This document shows positions 48,591 through 58,589 of a stretch of 64,000 nt of DNA, piece after piece. The stretch lies in assembly GCA_963787025.1 (NCBI GenBank), contig CAWBBG010000027.1, positions 580-64,579 on the forward strand. The letters are read 5' to 3'. The stretch is from an uncultured Chloroflexia bacterium (GTDB taxonomy: Bacteria; Chloroflexota; Limnocylindria; QHBO01). Made by a program: the position numbers and the translations under genes. The notes under the pieces were generated by a model. It saw only the letters and a list, made by a program, of their open reading frames with translations, did no database searches and was not told the DNA's origin. Positions within the stretch are counted from its first letter, which is position 1. Every line of letters starts with the position of its first letter.

Positions 48591-49946
48591 CTGACCACCC
48601 CACCGCCCGCGACGCTCGACTACGCCGCGGCCGTCTCCCAGCTCCAGGCACGGGGTAGGTTCGGCATGAGCCTGGGCCTGCAGCGAATCGAGCGCCTGCT
48701 CGCCGAGCTGGACCATCCCGAGCGCCGGCTGCGCGGAGCGCTGGTCGCCGGCACCAACGGGAAGGGCAGCGTGGTGGCCATGGCACGCGCCATCCTGCAG
48801 GCATCGGGACAGCGCGTGGGCACCATGCCCAAGCCGCACCTGGTCAGCTACCGCGAGCGGATCGCGGTGGACGGCGAACCGGTGTCCCGCGATCGGTTCG
48901 CCGCCGCGGTGAGCGAGGTGCTGCCCGCGATCGACCGGGTGGCCGCGGCGGTGGGAGCGCCCACCGAGTTCGAGGCGCTCACCGCGGCGGCGCTGCTGGA
49001 GCTCTCGCGGAGCCGCATCGACCTGGCCGTCATCGAGGTCGGCCTGGGCGGACGCCTCGACGCGACCAATGCCGCGGACCTGGGCGTGGCGGTCGTCACC
49101 AACGTCTCGCACGATCACGAGCGCCACCTGGGATCGACCCTGGCCCGTATCGGCGCCGAGAAGGCAGCGATCATCAAGCCGGGGAACCTGGCGGTCACCG
49201 GGGCCGCCGGGCGGGGACTGGCACCTATCGTCGCGCGAGCCGACGCGGTGGCGGCCCGGCTGCGCCGCGCAGGCCGCCACCAGCCATACCAGGCGACCCT
49301 GCGCTCGGTGGGCTGGGACGGCATCCTCGTCGACCTGACGACTCCCACCGCGCACCTCGGCGAGGTCGCCATCGGCCTCCTCGGGGCGCACCAGGCGGCG
49401 AATGCCGCCGTCGCCGTCGCGGTCGCAGAGGCGATCGCGGAGGACGCGGCGCGGCGCGGGACGGCGATCCGGGTGGGGGAGGCCCAGGTGCGACGAGGTC
49501 TCGAAGCCGCGCGCTGGCCGGGCCGGCTGGAGCTCCTGGACGGGGCGCGCGCGGGCGTGGGTCCGGTGCTCCTCGACGGCGCACACAACCCCGCTGGAGC
49601 GGCCGCCCTGGCTCGCGCCCTCGCCGACCTGGGCGCCACGCGCAGCCCGCTCCTCTTCGGGGCCATGCGCGACAAGCGGGTCCGTCGCGTCCTGCGGCCG
49701 CTTGCCGGCGCCGGGCTGCGCCCGGTCTTCACCGCGGTCGAGGATCCCCACGCCCGGCGGCCGGCGGAGCTGCTGCGTGCCTGGCGGGCCATCGGCGGGG
49801 AGGGCGGCGCGGCGGTCGACGGCGTGGAGAGCGCGCTGCGTCGGGCGGCATCCCTTGCGCACGGCGACCAGCCGGTCGTGGTGGCCGGCTCCCTGTACCT
49901 GGTGGGCGCGGTGCGCAGCCTGCTCACCGGCGAGCAGGAGGGCTGA
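48591..49946 (+). CDS. folC: folylpolyglutamate synthase/dihydrofolate synthase (start uncertain)
   Basis: AGTNGKGS, PHLVSYRERI, EVGLGGRLDATN, WPGRLE, DGAHNP, GSLYLVG. Confidence 0.93.
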   Translation: MTTPPPATLDYAAAVSQLQARGRFGMSLGLQRIERLLAELDHPERRLRGALVAGTNGKGSVVAMARAILQASGQRVGTMPKPHLVSYRERIAVDGEPVSRDRFAAAVSEVLPAIDRVAAAVGAPTEFEALTAAALLELSRSRIDLAVIEVGLGGRLDATNAADLGVAVVTNVSHDHERHLGSTLARIGAEKAAIIKPGNLAVTGAAGRGLAPIVARADAVAARLRRAGRHQPYQATLRSVGWDGILVDLTTPTAHLGEVAIGLLGAHQAANAAVAVAVAEAIAEDAARRGTAIRVGEAQVRRGLEAARWPGRLELLDGARAGVGPVLLDGAHNPAGAAALARALADLGATRSPLLFGAMRDKRVRRVLRPLAGAGLRPVFTAVEDPHARRPAELLRAWRAIGGEGGAAVDGVESALRRAASLAHGDQPVVVAGSLYLVGAVRSLLTGEQEG

Positions 49947-49951
49947 TCCGC

Positions 49952-50803
49952 GTGGAGCTGCACCTCGGTGAGAAGACCCTGATCATGGGGATCGTCAACG
50001 TGACCCCGGACTCGTTCTCCGGCGATGGCCTGGCGCCAATCGACCGTCCGATACACGAGGTCGTCGACGCGGCGCTGGCACAGGCTGCCGCCTTCGTCGA
50101 GGCTGGCGCTGAGATCCTCGACGTCGGCGCGGAGTCGACGCGGCCCCGATCGATCTACGGCGATCGCCCCGAGGTGGACCCGGCGACGGAGGAGGCGCTG
50201 GCGATCCCCGTCGTGGCGGCGCTGGCGGAGCGGTTCGCGGGACGGGCGCTGGTCAGCATCGACACCAGCCGCGGGCCGGTCGCGGAGGCCGCCCTGGCAG
50301 CGGGCGCCGCCATCGTGAACGACGTCTGGGGGGCCCGGCGTGACCCGGGGACCGCGCGGGCCGCCGCAGAGGCCGGCGCCCACCTCGTCCTGATGCACAA
50401 CCAGGACGGCGCCAACTACGAGGACGGCGTGCTCGAGACGGTCGTCGCTTGGCTGCGCGGGGCGGTCGACGCGGCGATCGAGCTGGGCGTGCCGCGCCAT
50501 CGGCTCATCGTGGATCCCGGCATCGGCTTCGGCAAGACGGTCGCACAGAACGTGGAGCTCCTCCATCGGCTCGGCGAGCTCAAGTCGGCCCTCAAACTGC
50601 CGGTGCTGGTGGGGACCAGCCGCAAGCGCTTCATCGGCGAGCTGCTGGGCGGGCTGCCGCCCGAACAGCGGGCGGAGGGCACCGCCGCCACCGTGGCCCT
50701 GGCCATCGCCGGGGGAGCCGACATCGTGCGGGTCCACGATGTCGCGCACGTGGCACGCACGGTGCGCGTCGCGGACGCCATCGTCCGCTTCGTCCGGGAG
50801 TAG
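49952..50803 (+). CDS. folP: dihydropteroate synthase
   Basis: MGIVNVTPDSFSGDG, GAESTRP, DPGIGFGK, SRKRF, RVHDV. Confidence 0.96.
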   Translation: MELHLGEKTLIMGIVNVTPDSFSGDGLAPIDRPIHEVVDAALAQAAAFVEAGAEILDVGAESTRPRSIYGDRPEVDPATEEALAIPVVAALAERFAGRALVSIDTSRGPVAEAALAAGAAIVNDVWGARRDPGTARAAAEAGAHLVLMHNQDGANYEDGVLETVVAWLRGAVDAAIELGVPRHRLIVDPGIGFGKTVAQNVELLHRLGELKSALKLPVLVGTSRKRFIGELLGGLPPEQRAEGTAATVALAIAGGADIVRVHDVAHVARTVRVADAIVRFVRE

Positions 50804-50812
50804 GGTGCCCCG

Positions 50813-51184
50813 ATGACCGATTCCGACCGGATCACCCTGCGCGGCATGCGCTTCCTGGCCCACCACGGGGTCACGCTCGACGAGCGCCTGGAGCCACAGC
50901 CCTTCGAGGTCGACGTTGAGCTGGAGATGGACCTCGACCGCGCCGCGACGAGCGATGAGCTGGCCGACACGGTCGACTACTCGGCCATCTTCAGCCTCGT
51001 GGCACGGATCGTCGAGGAGCGCAGCTTCCGCCTGATCGAAGCGCTGGCCGGCACCATCGCCGACGAAGTGCTGGAGTCCACCGCTGCCCACCGCGTCCTC
51101 GTCCGGGTTCGCAAGCCGCGGGCACCGCTGCCAGGCCCATTCGAGTCGGTCGAGGTGACCGTCCGCCGACCCCGGGACACCTAG
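50813..51184 (+). CDS. folB: dihydroneopterin aldolase
   Basis: HHGV..E..QPFEVD, SDELADTVDY, LIEALA, RKP. Confidence 0.94.
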   Translation: MTDSDRITLRGMRFLAHHGVTLDERLEPQPFEVDVELEMDLDRAATSDELADTVDYSAIFSLVARIVEERSFRLIEALAGTIADEVLESTAAHRVLVRVRKPRAPLPGPFESVEVTVRRPRDT

Positions 51185-51223
51185 CGCAGGACCACCGGGC
51201 CGCACGCCCGGGGGCCGGTGCGC

Positions 51224-52474
51224 TCAGGGTGTCTGCTTGGGCAGGGTCCCCAGGGTGACCTTCACGGTGCGCTCGGTGCCGTTGCGCAGGATGGTCAGGG
51301 TCACGGTGTCGCCCGGCGCGTGCGGCACGATGAGGCTCGACAGGTCGTGGTTCGCGTCGACCCGGGTACCGTCGAGCGTGAGCACCACGTCCCCCTCCTT
51401 GAGACCCGCGGCGGCGGCCGGGCTGTCGACGAAGACGGCCGGGCGGCCGGGATCCGACGAGCTCACCAGCGCGCCGTAGTCGACGGATAGGTTTCGCTCC
51501 TGGGCCAGGCCCTTGGTGACGGCCGTGTAGAAGACGCCGATCCAGGGCCGCGAGATGGGCTTGCCGCCGAGCGCCTGGGCCAGGATGGGCTTGGCAATGT
51601 CGATGGGGATCGCAAAGCCGATCCCCTGCGCGTCCTGGTTCACCGCGGTGTTGATACCGATCACCATGCCGCCCGAATCGACGAGCGGCCCGCCGGAATT
51701 CCCCGGATTGATGGCGGCGTCGGTCTGGATCAGGTGGTTCAACGCCTCGGAAGACGCGCCCCCGGCATCACCGGCGGTGATCTGCCGGCCGAGCCCGGAG
51801 ACGACGCCGGTGGTCACCGTGTTCTCGAAGTCGCCCAGCGGGTTGCCGATGGCGATGGCCACCTGGCCGGGCTGCAGGCTGGCGGAGCTCCCAAGCCGTG
51901 CGGTCGGCAAGCCGCTGGCCTGCACGCGGACGATCGCCAGGTCGGTTAGCGTGTCGATGCCGTAGAGCGTGGCAGGAAGGGTCCGCGTGTCGTTGAGGCG
52001 CACCGACAGCGTGTCGGCGCCGTCCACGACGTGCCGGTTGGTGAGGATCCAGCCATTCGCGTCGAAGATGAAGCCGGAGCCGATACCGTTGCCGGCAGCG
52101 TTCGTCCCGCTCTGCGAGATGATGGTCACCACCGCGGGGGTTACCGCGCGCACCGCGTCGATCACCGCGGACGACTCCTGCAGGGTGTTGCTGACCAGGT
52201 TCGAGCCCGAAGTCGTGGCGGTGCCCACCGTCGAGTTCTGCAGCAGGTCCGAGACGGCGACGGCGCTCAGCGACCCGGAGACGATGCCGACCACCAGCGC
52301 CACCACGACGACCGGGACCAGGCCGGGACGGCGCGGCTCGGGCTGCAGCTCGGGCACCGGCGGCCGAGAGGACCACGCGGGCGCCGACCGCTGCCATTCG
52401 GCATCGGTGCCGTTCGGCGGAGGGCCGTAGTGCTGGTATTCCACGGGATTGGTCTCGCGCTGCTCCTGGGTCAT
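51224..52474 (-). CDS. htrA: HtrA/DegP serine protease with TM anchor and one PDZ domain
   Basis: TNRHVV, DLA, QTDAAINPGNSGGP; C-terminal PDZ. Confidence 0.92.
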   Translation of the reverse strand: MTQEQRETNPVEYQHYGPPPNGTDAEWQRSAPAWSSRPPVPELQPEPRRPGLVPVVVVALVVGIVSGSLSAVAVSDLLQNSTVGTATTSGSNLVSNTLQESSAVIDAVRAVTPAVVTIISQSGTNAAGNGIGSGFIFDANGWILTNRHVVDGADTLSVRLNDTRTLPATLYGIDTLTDLAIVRVQASGLPTARLGSSASLQPGQVAIAIGNPLGDFENTVTTGVVSGLGRQITAGDAGGASSEALNHLIQTDAAINPGNSGGPLVDSGGMVIGINTAVNQDAQGIGFAIPIDIAKPILAQALGGKPISRPWIGVFYTAVTKGLAQERNLSVDYGALVSSSDPGRPAVFVDSPAAAAGLKEGDVVLTLDGTRVDANHDLSSLIVPHAPGDTVTLTILRNGTERTVKVTLGTLPKQTP

Positions 52475-52537
52475 GCGGGGCTCCTGATCGTCACCCGTGC
52501 CCGTTGCGGCGGCGGAGCGCGGAAGGTGAAGATTCAT

Positions 52538-54112
52538 TCATGTTGCCCGATCGGCTCCAGGCCCGCCCTCGGGGCTCCTGCCGGGATCGCGCCGGCCGCG
52601 GCGGGTCGGAGGAGTGGGCTCGGGCGCCGGCTCGGCGACCGGCTCCGCGCTCCGCGGCAGGGTGACGGTGAAGACGGTTCCCTTGCCCACGACGCTGGCC
52701 ACGGCGATGTCGCCCCCGTGCATGTCCACGATGGATCGCGCAATGGCGAGCCCCAGCCCGGACCCGGAGGCGCGCGCCTCCCCGACGTTCGTGCCGCGGT
52801 AGAAGCGCTCGAAGATGCGCGGGAGCTCCGACTCGGGGATCCCCGGGCCGCTGTCGCGCACCGTGATCTCCGCCGCCTCGGGGGCGTCGGCCACGCCGAT
52901 CGCGACCTCGCCGCCGGGCTCGGTGAACTTCAGGGCGTTGCCCACCAGGTTGTCGACCAGCTGGACCACCCGCTCGCGGTCGAAGCGCAGGACCACCGGC
53001 TCCGACGGCACCGCGGAGGTCAGGGTGACGCCCCGCTCGTCGGCATCCTCGGCGTGAGCCTCGACGACCGCACGGATCGGCTCGCGCAGGTCTCCCTCGC
53101 GGACGTCGAGCGGGAAGATGCCGGCCTCGATCCGCGACAGGTCCAGCAGGTTGGTGGAGAGCCACTCGAGGCGGTGCAGCTGCTCGCTGGAGCGGGCCAG
53201 GAACTCCTGGCGCGTCACCTCGTCCACGGATCCTTCGCGCTGCAGCTCCGTGAAGGTGCGAAGCGCGGCGATCGGGGTGCGCAGCTCGTGTGAGACGTCG
53301 GCGACGAACTCGCGAAGGCGGTCCCTGTCCGCCTCGAGGAGGCGCAGGGACTCGGATAAGCGGTCGGCCATCACGTTGAACTGCGACGCGAGCTGGTCGA
53401 TCTCCACCACGCCCGAGGGAGGAACGCGCTCCTCGAGATGGCCCTGCGCCAGGCGCGCGGAGACGATGCGGAGATGGCTGATGGGCCCTGTGAGCTGCCG
53501 CGACGCAACGAAGCCCAGCAGGATCGAGCCGATGAGCGCGATCACGCCCGCAGCGACCAGGGTCCCGCGCACCTGGTCCAGCGTCGCGGCGCGCGATGTG
53601 TATGGGTCGGAGACGGTGACCTCCAGCGTGAACTGGTTCTGGGGCTGGCCCGGCGACTCCGGGGCCAGATCCATCGAGAATTGCTTGACCTGCTTCCCGA
53701 CGTCGGGATCCGGGGCCAGGCCCTGCTTGAGGAGCGATGCCGCGGCCGGTGAGGCGTTGATCGTGTAGCCGCTGCCCAGGTCGCGGATGGTGACGGTTGC
53801 CCTCGCGATCTGCACGCCGAAGGAGACCGCCGGCTTGACATACGCGTTGTCGCGCAGCTCGGGGTCGTTGACGTTCGTCAGACCCTCCTCGATCGCCTGG
53901 TTCATGTTGCTCGTGATGTACAGCTTGATCGACTCCGCCGCGGAGACGAGCTGCTGCTCAGCCTGCTGGACGAAGTACCCGGGAAGGATCTGGCTCAGGG
54001 CGATGCCCGAGAGCAGGAGGGCGGACAGCGCGACGCTCGCCAGGGAGAGGACCAGGCGGACGTCGAGGCGGCGGAGCAACCCGGCCGTGGCGTCAGTCCT
54101 CGGAGAAGGCAT
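52538..54112 (-). CDS. HAMP-domain sensor histidine kinase
   Basis: Two TM helices; HAMP; SHELRTP, NALKF, DSGPGI, GSGLGL. Confidence 0.94.
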   Translation of the reverse strand: MPSPRTDATAGLLRRLDVRLVLSLASVALSALLLSGIALSQILPGYFVQQAEQQLVSAAESIKLYITSNMNQAIEEGLTNVNDPELRDNAYVKPAVSFGVQIARATVTIRDLGSGYTINASPAAASLLKQGLAPDPDVGKQVKQFSMDLAPESPGQPQNQFTLEVTVSDPYTSRAATLDQVRGTLVAAGVIALIGSILLGFVASRQLTGPISHLRIVSARLAQGHLEERVPPSGVVEIDQLASQFNVMADRLSESLRLLEADRDRLREFVADVSHELRTPIAALRTFTELQREGSVDEVTRQEFLARSSEQLHRLEWLSTNLLDLSRIEAGIFPLDVREGDLREPIRAVVEAHAEDADERGVTLTSAVPSEPVVLRFDRERVVQLVDNLVGNALKFTEPGGEVAIGVADAPEAAEITVRDSGPGIPESELPRIFERFYRGTNVGEARASGSGLGLAIARSIVDMHGGDIAVASVVGKGTVFTVTLPRSAEPVAEPAPEPTPPTRRGRRDPGRSPEGGPGADRAT

Positions 54113-54788
54113 AGCCGACCCCGCGCACCGTCACGATATACCGTGGCTGGGCGGGATCCGGCTCGATCTTCTCTCGAATGTGGCTGACGTGAACGTTGAT
54201 GGTCCGTTCGTCCTGGTCGAGCGCGTCGTAGTCGCGGACGAGCTCCAGGAGCTGGCCACGGGTGTAGACGCGACCCGGCTTCGACGCGAGGTGGCGAAGC
54301 AGGTCGAACTCCGTGGTGGTGAGGGCGATGCGCGTCCCGTCGCGGGTGACGCGGCGGCGCTCCAGGTCGATCACCAGGTCGCCGCGGCGCAGGACGCGGC
54401 CGGTCTGGGTGTCGGCGAGCTCGCCGTAGGCCCGCCGCAGGAGCGCCTTGATGCGGCTCGCCAGCTCGCGGATGCTGAACGGCTTGACGAGGTAGTCATC
54501 CGCACCGATCTCGAGACCGACGACCTTGTCGACCTCGTCGGAGCGCGCGGTGAGGAACAGGATCGGCACGCGCGAGTCGTGGCGAATGCGGCGACAGACC
54601 TCGAACCCGTCGATACCCGGCAGACGCACGTCGAGCACCACCAGCTCCGGTGCCAGCTCGGCGAAGCGCGCGATGGCGTCCTCGCCGGTTGGGGCGAGGG
54701 AGACCGTGTGACCCTCGCGCTCGAGGGCGACCTGCAGGCCTCGAGCGACGGCTGGCTCGTCCTCGACGACCAGGATGTTGGCTGCCAT
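54093..54788 (-). CDS. OmpR-family response regulator
   Basis: VEDE, LDVRLPG, GADDYLVKPF, TVRGVGY. Confidence 0.95.
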   Translation of the reverse strand: MAANILVVEDEPAVARGLQVALEREGHTVSLAPTGEDAIARFAELAPELVVLDVRLPGIDGFEVCRRIRHDSRVPILFLTARSDEVDKVVGLEIGADDYLVKPFSIRELASRIKALLRRAYGELADTQTGRVLRRGDLVIDLERRRVTRDGTRIALTTTEFDLLRHLASKPGRVYTRGQLLELVRDYDALDQDERTINVHVSHIREKIEPDPAQPRYIVTVRGVGYAFSED

Positions 54789-54951
54789 GGCCCACGGATT
54801 ATAGGGAGGAATCGGCGGGCGCCGGTCCGGGTGGCCCGGAACGACGCCTTGCCGCGGTCGCGAGCCGCTGGTACCATCCGGGCTCGCACCCGAAGTGATC
54901 GCACGTTGCCCGGCCATGCCCCGGGCCGTTTCGAGGAAGATCTGAGCACCC

Positions 54952-55641
54952 ATGGCCAACGAGATCGCCGTTGACGCGCGCGTCGCGCTCGGCAAGCAGA
55001 ACCGCCGCCTTCGCCAGGAAGGCAAGGTCCCCGCCGTCGTCTACGGCAAGGGCAAAGGGTCCACCGCCGTCGAGATGGATGCCAAGGCGTTCGAGCAGCT
55101 GTATCGCGCCGTCGGACGTTCGACCCTCGTCCAGCTCACCATCGGCGAGGGCCGCGCGGAGAGCGCAATCATCAAGTCGGTCCAGCGAAACCCGCTCACC
55201 GGGAACCCGCTGCACGTCGACTTCTTCCTCGTGGACCTGAAGGCGGCCATGGAGGTCGAGATCCCGCTCACCTTCACCGGCACCGCCCCTGCCATCGACC
55301 TCAACGGCGGAACCCTGCTGACGAACCTCAGCCGGGTCAAGGTCCGCGCCCTGCCCGGCAATCTGCCGCATGAGATCGAGGTCGACATCTCACCGCTCGT
55401 CGACCTCGAGGCGGCGATCCACATCAGCGACATCCTGACCGACGAGAACGTGCAGGTCCTGGGAGACCCGGACGAGCTCGTCGCCAAGGTGCTGCCGCCG
55501 CGGATCGAGGAGGAGCCGGTCGTCGAGGCCGGGGAAGCGGAGCTCGCGGAGGGCGAGGTTCCCGCCGAGGGCGAGGCGGCGGAGGCAGCCGGCGGCGAGG
55601 GTGCGGCAGCGGCCAGGGACGAGGGCGCCCCGGAGGGCTGA
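54952..55641 (+). CDS. rplY: 50S ribosomal protein L25 (long CTC form)
   Basis: RRLRQEGKVPAVVYG, HVDF, acidic tail. Confidence 0.95.
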   Translation: MANEIAVDARVALGKQNRRLRQEGKVPAVVYGKGKGSTAVEMDAKAFEQLYRAVGRSTLVQLTIGEGRAESAIIKSVQRNPLTGNPLHVDFFLVDLKAAMEVEIPLTFTGTAPAIDLNGGTLLTNLSRVKVRALPGNLPHEIEVDISPLVDLEAAIHISDILTDENVQVLGDPDELVAKVLPPRIEEEPVVEAGEAELAEGEVPAEGEAAEAAGGEGAAAARDEGAPEG

Positions 55642-55648
55642 CCCTCGT

Positions 55649-56584
55649 CTACCGCTCCTGCGAGGTCTCCGGGTCGAACGCGTCCCGCAGGCCGTCGCCC
55701 AGGAGCGTGAAGCCAACCAGGCTGACCGCCAGGGCGACCATGGGCGGCACCACGAGCCAGGGCCAGGTGGTCATGTGCCCCGCGCCGTACTGGATGAGGC
55801 TTCCCCACGATGCCCGCGGCATCTGCACGCCCAGGCCCAGGAACGACAGGGTCGACTCCAGGATGATGGCTCCGGGCAGGCCGACCGAGACCCCGACCAC
55901 GACGGGGCCGATCGCATTGGGCAGGATGTGCCGTGTCACGATCTGCCAGCCGGGCACCCCCATCGCCCGTGCCGCGTCGACGTACTCGCGATGCTTGATG
56001 CTCAGTACCTGGGCGCGGACCAGCCGGGCCATGGTCACCCAGGCCGAGAGACCAATCGCCACGAAGACGATGAACAGGCCGTTGAGCCAGCGGAAGAGCT
56101 CGGTCCCCACCACGGCCGACGTGACCAGGATCACGAAGAGGAGGTCCGGGAAGGCGTACATCACATCCGTGAAGCGCATGAGCAGGGTCTCCGTCCGCCC
56201 GCCGCGCCAGCCCGCCACCGCACCGATGGGCACCCCCACCAGGAGCACCACCACCTGGGCAATGATCGCGACCGTCATCGACACCTGGGCGCCGTCGATC
56301 GTCCGGCTGAAGAGGTCGCGGCCCAGCTCGTCGGTGCCGAACAGGTGCCCGGGCGAAAACGGCGGCAGCGGGCCCTTGTTCGCGACGACCGCCTGGAGAT
56401 CCTGCACGCGGTAGTCCCACGGCGCCAGGATGGGACCGATGATTCCCAGCAGCACCAGCCCGGCGACGATGCCCAGGCCGGTCACGCCGGACCGGCTGCG
56501 GAACAGGCGGACCACGGATGCGGTCCAGTACCCCCGACCGTGGTGCTCGTTCCGCGCCCGGCGCGCGGCCGCCAGCTGGGCCAT
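55649..56584 (-). CDS. peptide ABC transporter permease (OppC/DppC-like)
   Basis: HLFGTDELGRD, YVDAARAMG, HILPN, LGDGLRDAFDP. Confidence 0.94.
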   Translation of the reverse strand: MAQLAAARRARNEHHGRGYWTASVVRLFRSRSGVTGLGIVAGLVLLGIIGPILAPWDYRVQDLQAVVANKGPLPPFSPGHLFGTDELGRDLFSRTIDGAQVSMTVAIIAQVVVLLVGVPIGAVAGWRGGRTETLLMRFTDVMYAFPDLLFVILVTSAVVGTELFRWLNGLFIVFVAIGLSAWVTMARLVRAQVLSIKHREYVDAARAMGVPGWQIVTRHILPNAIGPVVVGVSVGLPGAIILESTLSFLGLGVQMPRASWGSLIQYGAGHMTTWPWLVVPPMVALAVSLVGFTLLGDGLRDAFDPETSQER

Positions 56585-57531
56585 CAGCCGGATGCGGTCT
56601 GGTCGCGCAGGCGCGGGTCGATGAACCCGTACGCGATGTCGACGGCCGCGTTGAGGACGGCCACCAGGGCCGCGTAGAAGACGGTGATCCCCATCACCAG
56701 GGTGTAGTCCCGGAAGCGAATCGCGTTCCAGTACAGGTTGCCGAGCCCCGGAATGCGAAACACCTGCTCGATGACGATGGAGCCGGTGATCACCACGCCC
56801 AGGAGCGGCACGGCGATGGTCAGGAGCGGGACCATGGCGTTGCGGATCATGTGGAAGCGCACGATCCGCTCCTCCTCGAGACCCTTGGAGTGCGCAGTGC
56901 GGATGTAGTCAGCATGGATGACGTCGAGCATGGAGGCCTTCGTCTGGCGTGCGATGGTCGCCATCGGCAGGCCGGCCAGCGCGATGGTCGGCAGCACCCA
57001 GGCCCGCGGGCCGTCCCAACCGAAGGACGGGAACGGTCCCGCGTCGGGCCGGAACTCCGGGGCCCCCAGGAAGAGCTGGAGCAGCGTTCCCAGCATGAAG
57101 GCCGGCGCGGCCATCCCCAGCATCGCGACCGCGGTCGCGGCGTAGTCGTAGAAGGTCTTGTGGCGGATCGCGGCGATGAGGCCCAGGGGAACCCCCAGCA
57201 CCACGGCCAGGCCGAAGGCCATGAGACCCAGCTGGATTGTGGGCCACAGGCTGTTGCCGATGAGCCGGGCGACCTGGTAGGGGCGTTCGGTCACCGTCAG
57301 CCCCAGGTCCCCCGTGAGCAGGCCGCCGACCCACTTGAGGTACTGGACGGGCAGGGGCTGGTCCAGGCCGAACTTCACGTCCAGCGCCGCTCGCTGCGAC
57401 GGCTGCATCTGCCGGCCCTCCCGGTTCCAGGGGCTGCCCGGCGTGTTGTGCATGACCAGGAAGGTGATCATGGTCGCCACCAGCAGGACCGGGACGATCC
57501 ACAGAATGCGCCGGACGGCGTAGCTCAGCAC
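56584..57531 (-). CDS. peptide ABC transporter permease (OppB/DppB-like)
   Basis: GLDQPLPVQY, YIRTAHSKGL, IEQVFRIPGLG, DPRLR. Confidence 0.94.
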   Translation of the reverse strand: MLSYAVRRILWIVPVLLVATMITFLVMHNTPGSPWNREGRQMQPSQRAALDVKFGLDQPLPVQYLKWVGGLLTGDLGLTVTERPYQVARLIGNSLWPTIQLGLMAFGLAVVLGVPLGLIAAIRHKTFYDYAATAVAMLGMAAPAFMLGTLLQLFLGAPEFRPDAGPFPSFGWDGPRAWVLPTIALAGLPMATIARQTKASMLDVIHADYIRTAHSKGLEEERIVRFHMIRNAMVPLLTIAVPLLGVVITGSIVIEQVFRIPGLGNLYWNAIRFRDYTLVMGITVFYAALVAVLNAAVDIAYGFIDPRLRDQTASG

Positions 57532-57646
57532 GGATCCCTCTTCACCAGCGAGCAGCAGGAGACGCCGCGGCGGGCGAGCGCCGGGCGTCCACTACACATA
57601 CCCGCGAAAGGCGCGAGGGGTTCAGGCGCATCGGCGTCGGCGGCGG

Positions 57647-57985
57647 TCACATGTCCGCGGAATAGCGGCGCTCTCCGGTCGCGGGATCCACGTAGACGCG
57701 CATCCGGCGCCCGGAGGTCGGGTCGACGAAGCGCTCGTCCGTGGGTCGGAACGGCGGGCCAGGCGGTGCCGGCTCGCCCCCGCCCGGGCCGGGCTCGCCG
57801 CTGGTGTGCTCGGACGCCGCGGATCGGTAGCGCGAGCGCTCCAGCACGACGGCGAGGATGCCCGCGGCACCCACAACGACGGCCCACAGACCGGGCGCCG
57901 GGTTACCGGACGCGATGGCGGCCAGGCCACCCACGAAGACCAGCGCCGCCACGACAGCGACGAAGAATCGCACGGTAAGGAGCAT
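57647..57985 (-). CDS. small 2-TM membrane protein
   Basis: Two TM helices, then FRPTDERFVDPTSGRRMRVYVDPATGERRY. Confidence 0.8.
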   Translation of the reverse strand: MLLTVRFFVAVVAALVFVGGLAAIASGNPAPGLWAVVVGAAGILAVVLERSRYRSAASEHTSGEPGPGGGEPAPPGPPFRPTDERFVDPTSGRRMRVYVDPATGERRYSADM

Positions 57986-58006
57986 GGACGGTTCGCTCCT
58001 CTCCGC

Positions 58007-58351
58007 CTACTCGAGCGGCTGCGGCGCGTTGGCGTCCGCCACCAGCGTCACAGCCGTGCCGTAGGCCACGATCTCCGTCATCGTGTTGCCGAGCTCGCTC
58101 GAGTCGAAGCGCATGCTGATGACGGCGTCGGCGCCCATCAGGGAGGCGTTCTCCACCATCCGGTCGAGCGCCTGTCGACGGGTGTCCTCCAGCAGCTCGG
58201 TGTATTCGTGGATCTCGCCGCCCACCAGCGAGCGCAACCCGGCGGCGATGTTGCCGCCGAGGCCCCGACTGCGGACGACAAGGCCAAAGGTCTGCCCCTT
58301 CGTCTCGGCGATCCGGTGGCCGGCGACGAAGGGGGCGGTGCTGACGATCAT
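58007..58351 (-). CDS. YbjQ/UPF0145 family protein
   Basis: VGGEIHEYTELL..R..AL.RM..GADAVISMRFD..AYGTAV. Confidence 0.92.
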   Translation of the reverse strand: MIVSTAPFVAGHRIAETKGQTFGLVVRSRGLGGNIAAGLRSLVGGEIHEYTELLEDTRRQALDRMVENASLMGADAVISMRFDSSELGNTMTEIVAYGTAVTLVADANAPQPLE

Positions 58352-58589
58352 CGAATGTGCTCCTTGACGTATTCGGGCGAGCGTAGGTGAGTCTAGTCAT
58401 CCGGCAGCCTCCAGGCCGCGCCGCAGGCTCCCCCCAACGGAATCCTGCCGTGAGGAGCGCGGAGTCGATGCTGGTCGTCACGATCCACGGGCGCCGATCT
58501 GCGGAGGACGCGCGCCACAATCGTTGACCCGGTACTACCGAGGCACCGATACTTCCCCCTCACGACCGTCAGGGAAGGCCAGCTTCCGC

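Noticed and set aside
48591-51184. Missing folK and folE in the folate cluster
   Set aside because: These genes are often located elsewhere; one window cannot show their absence.
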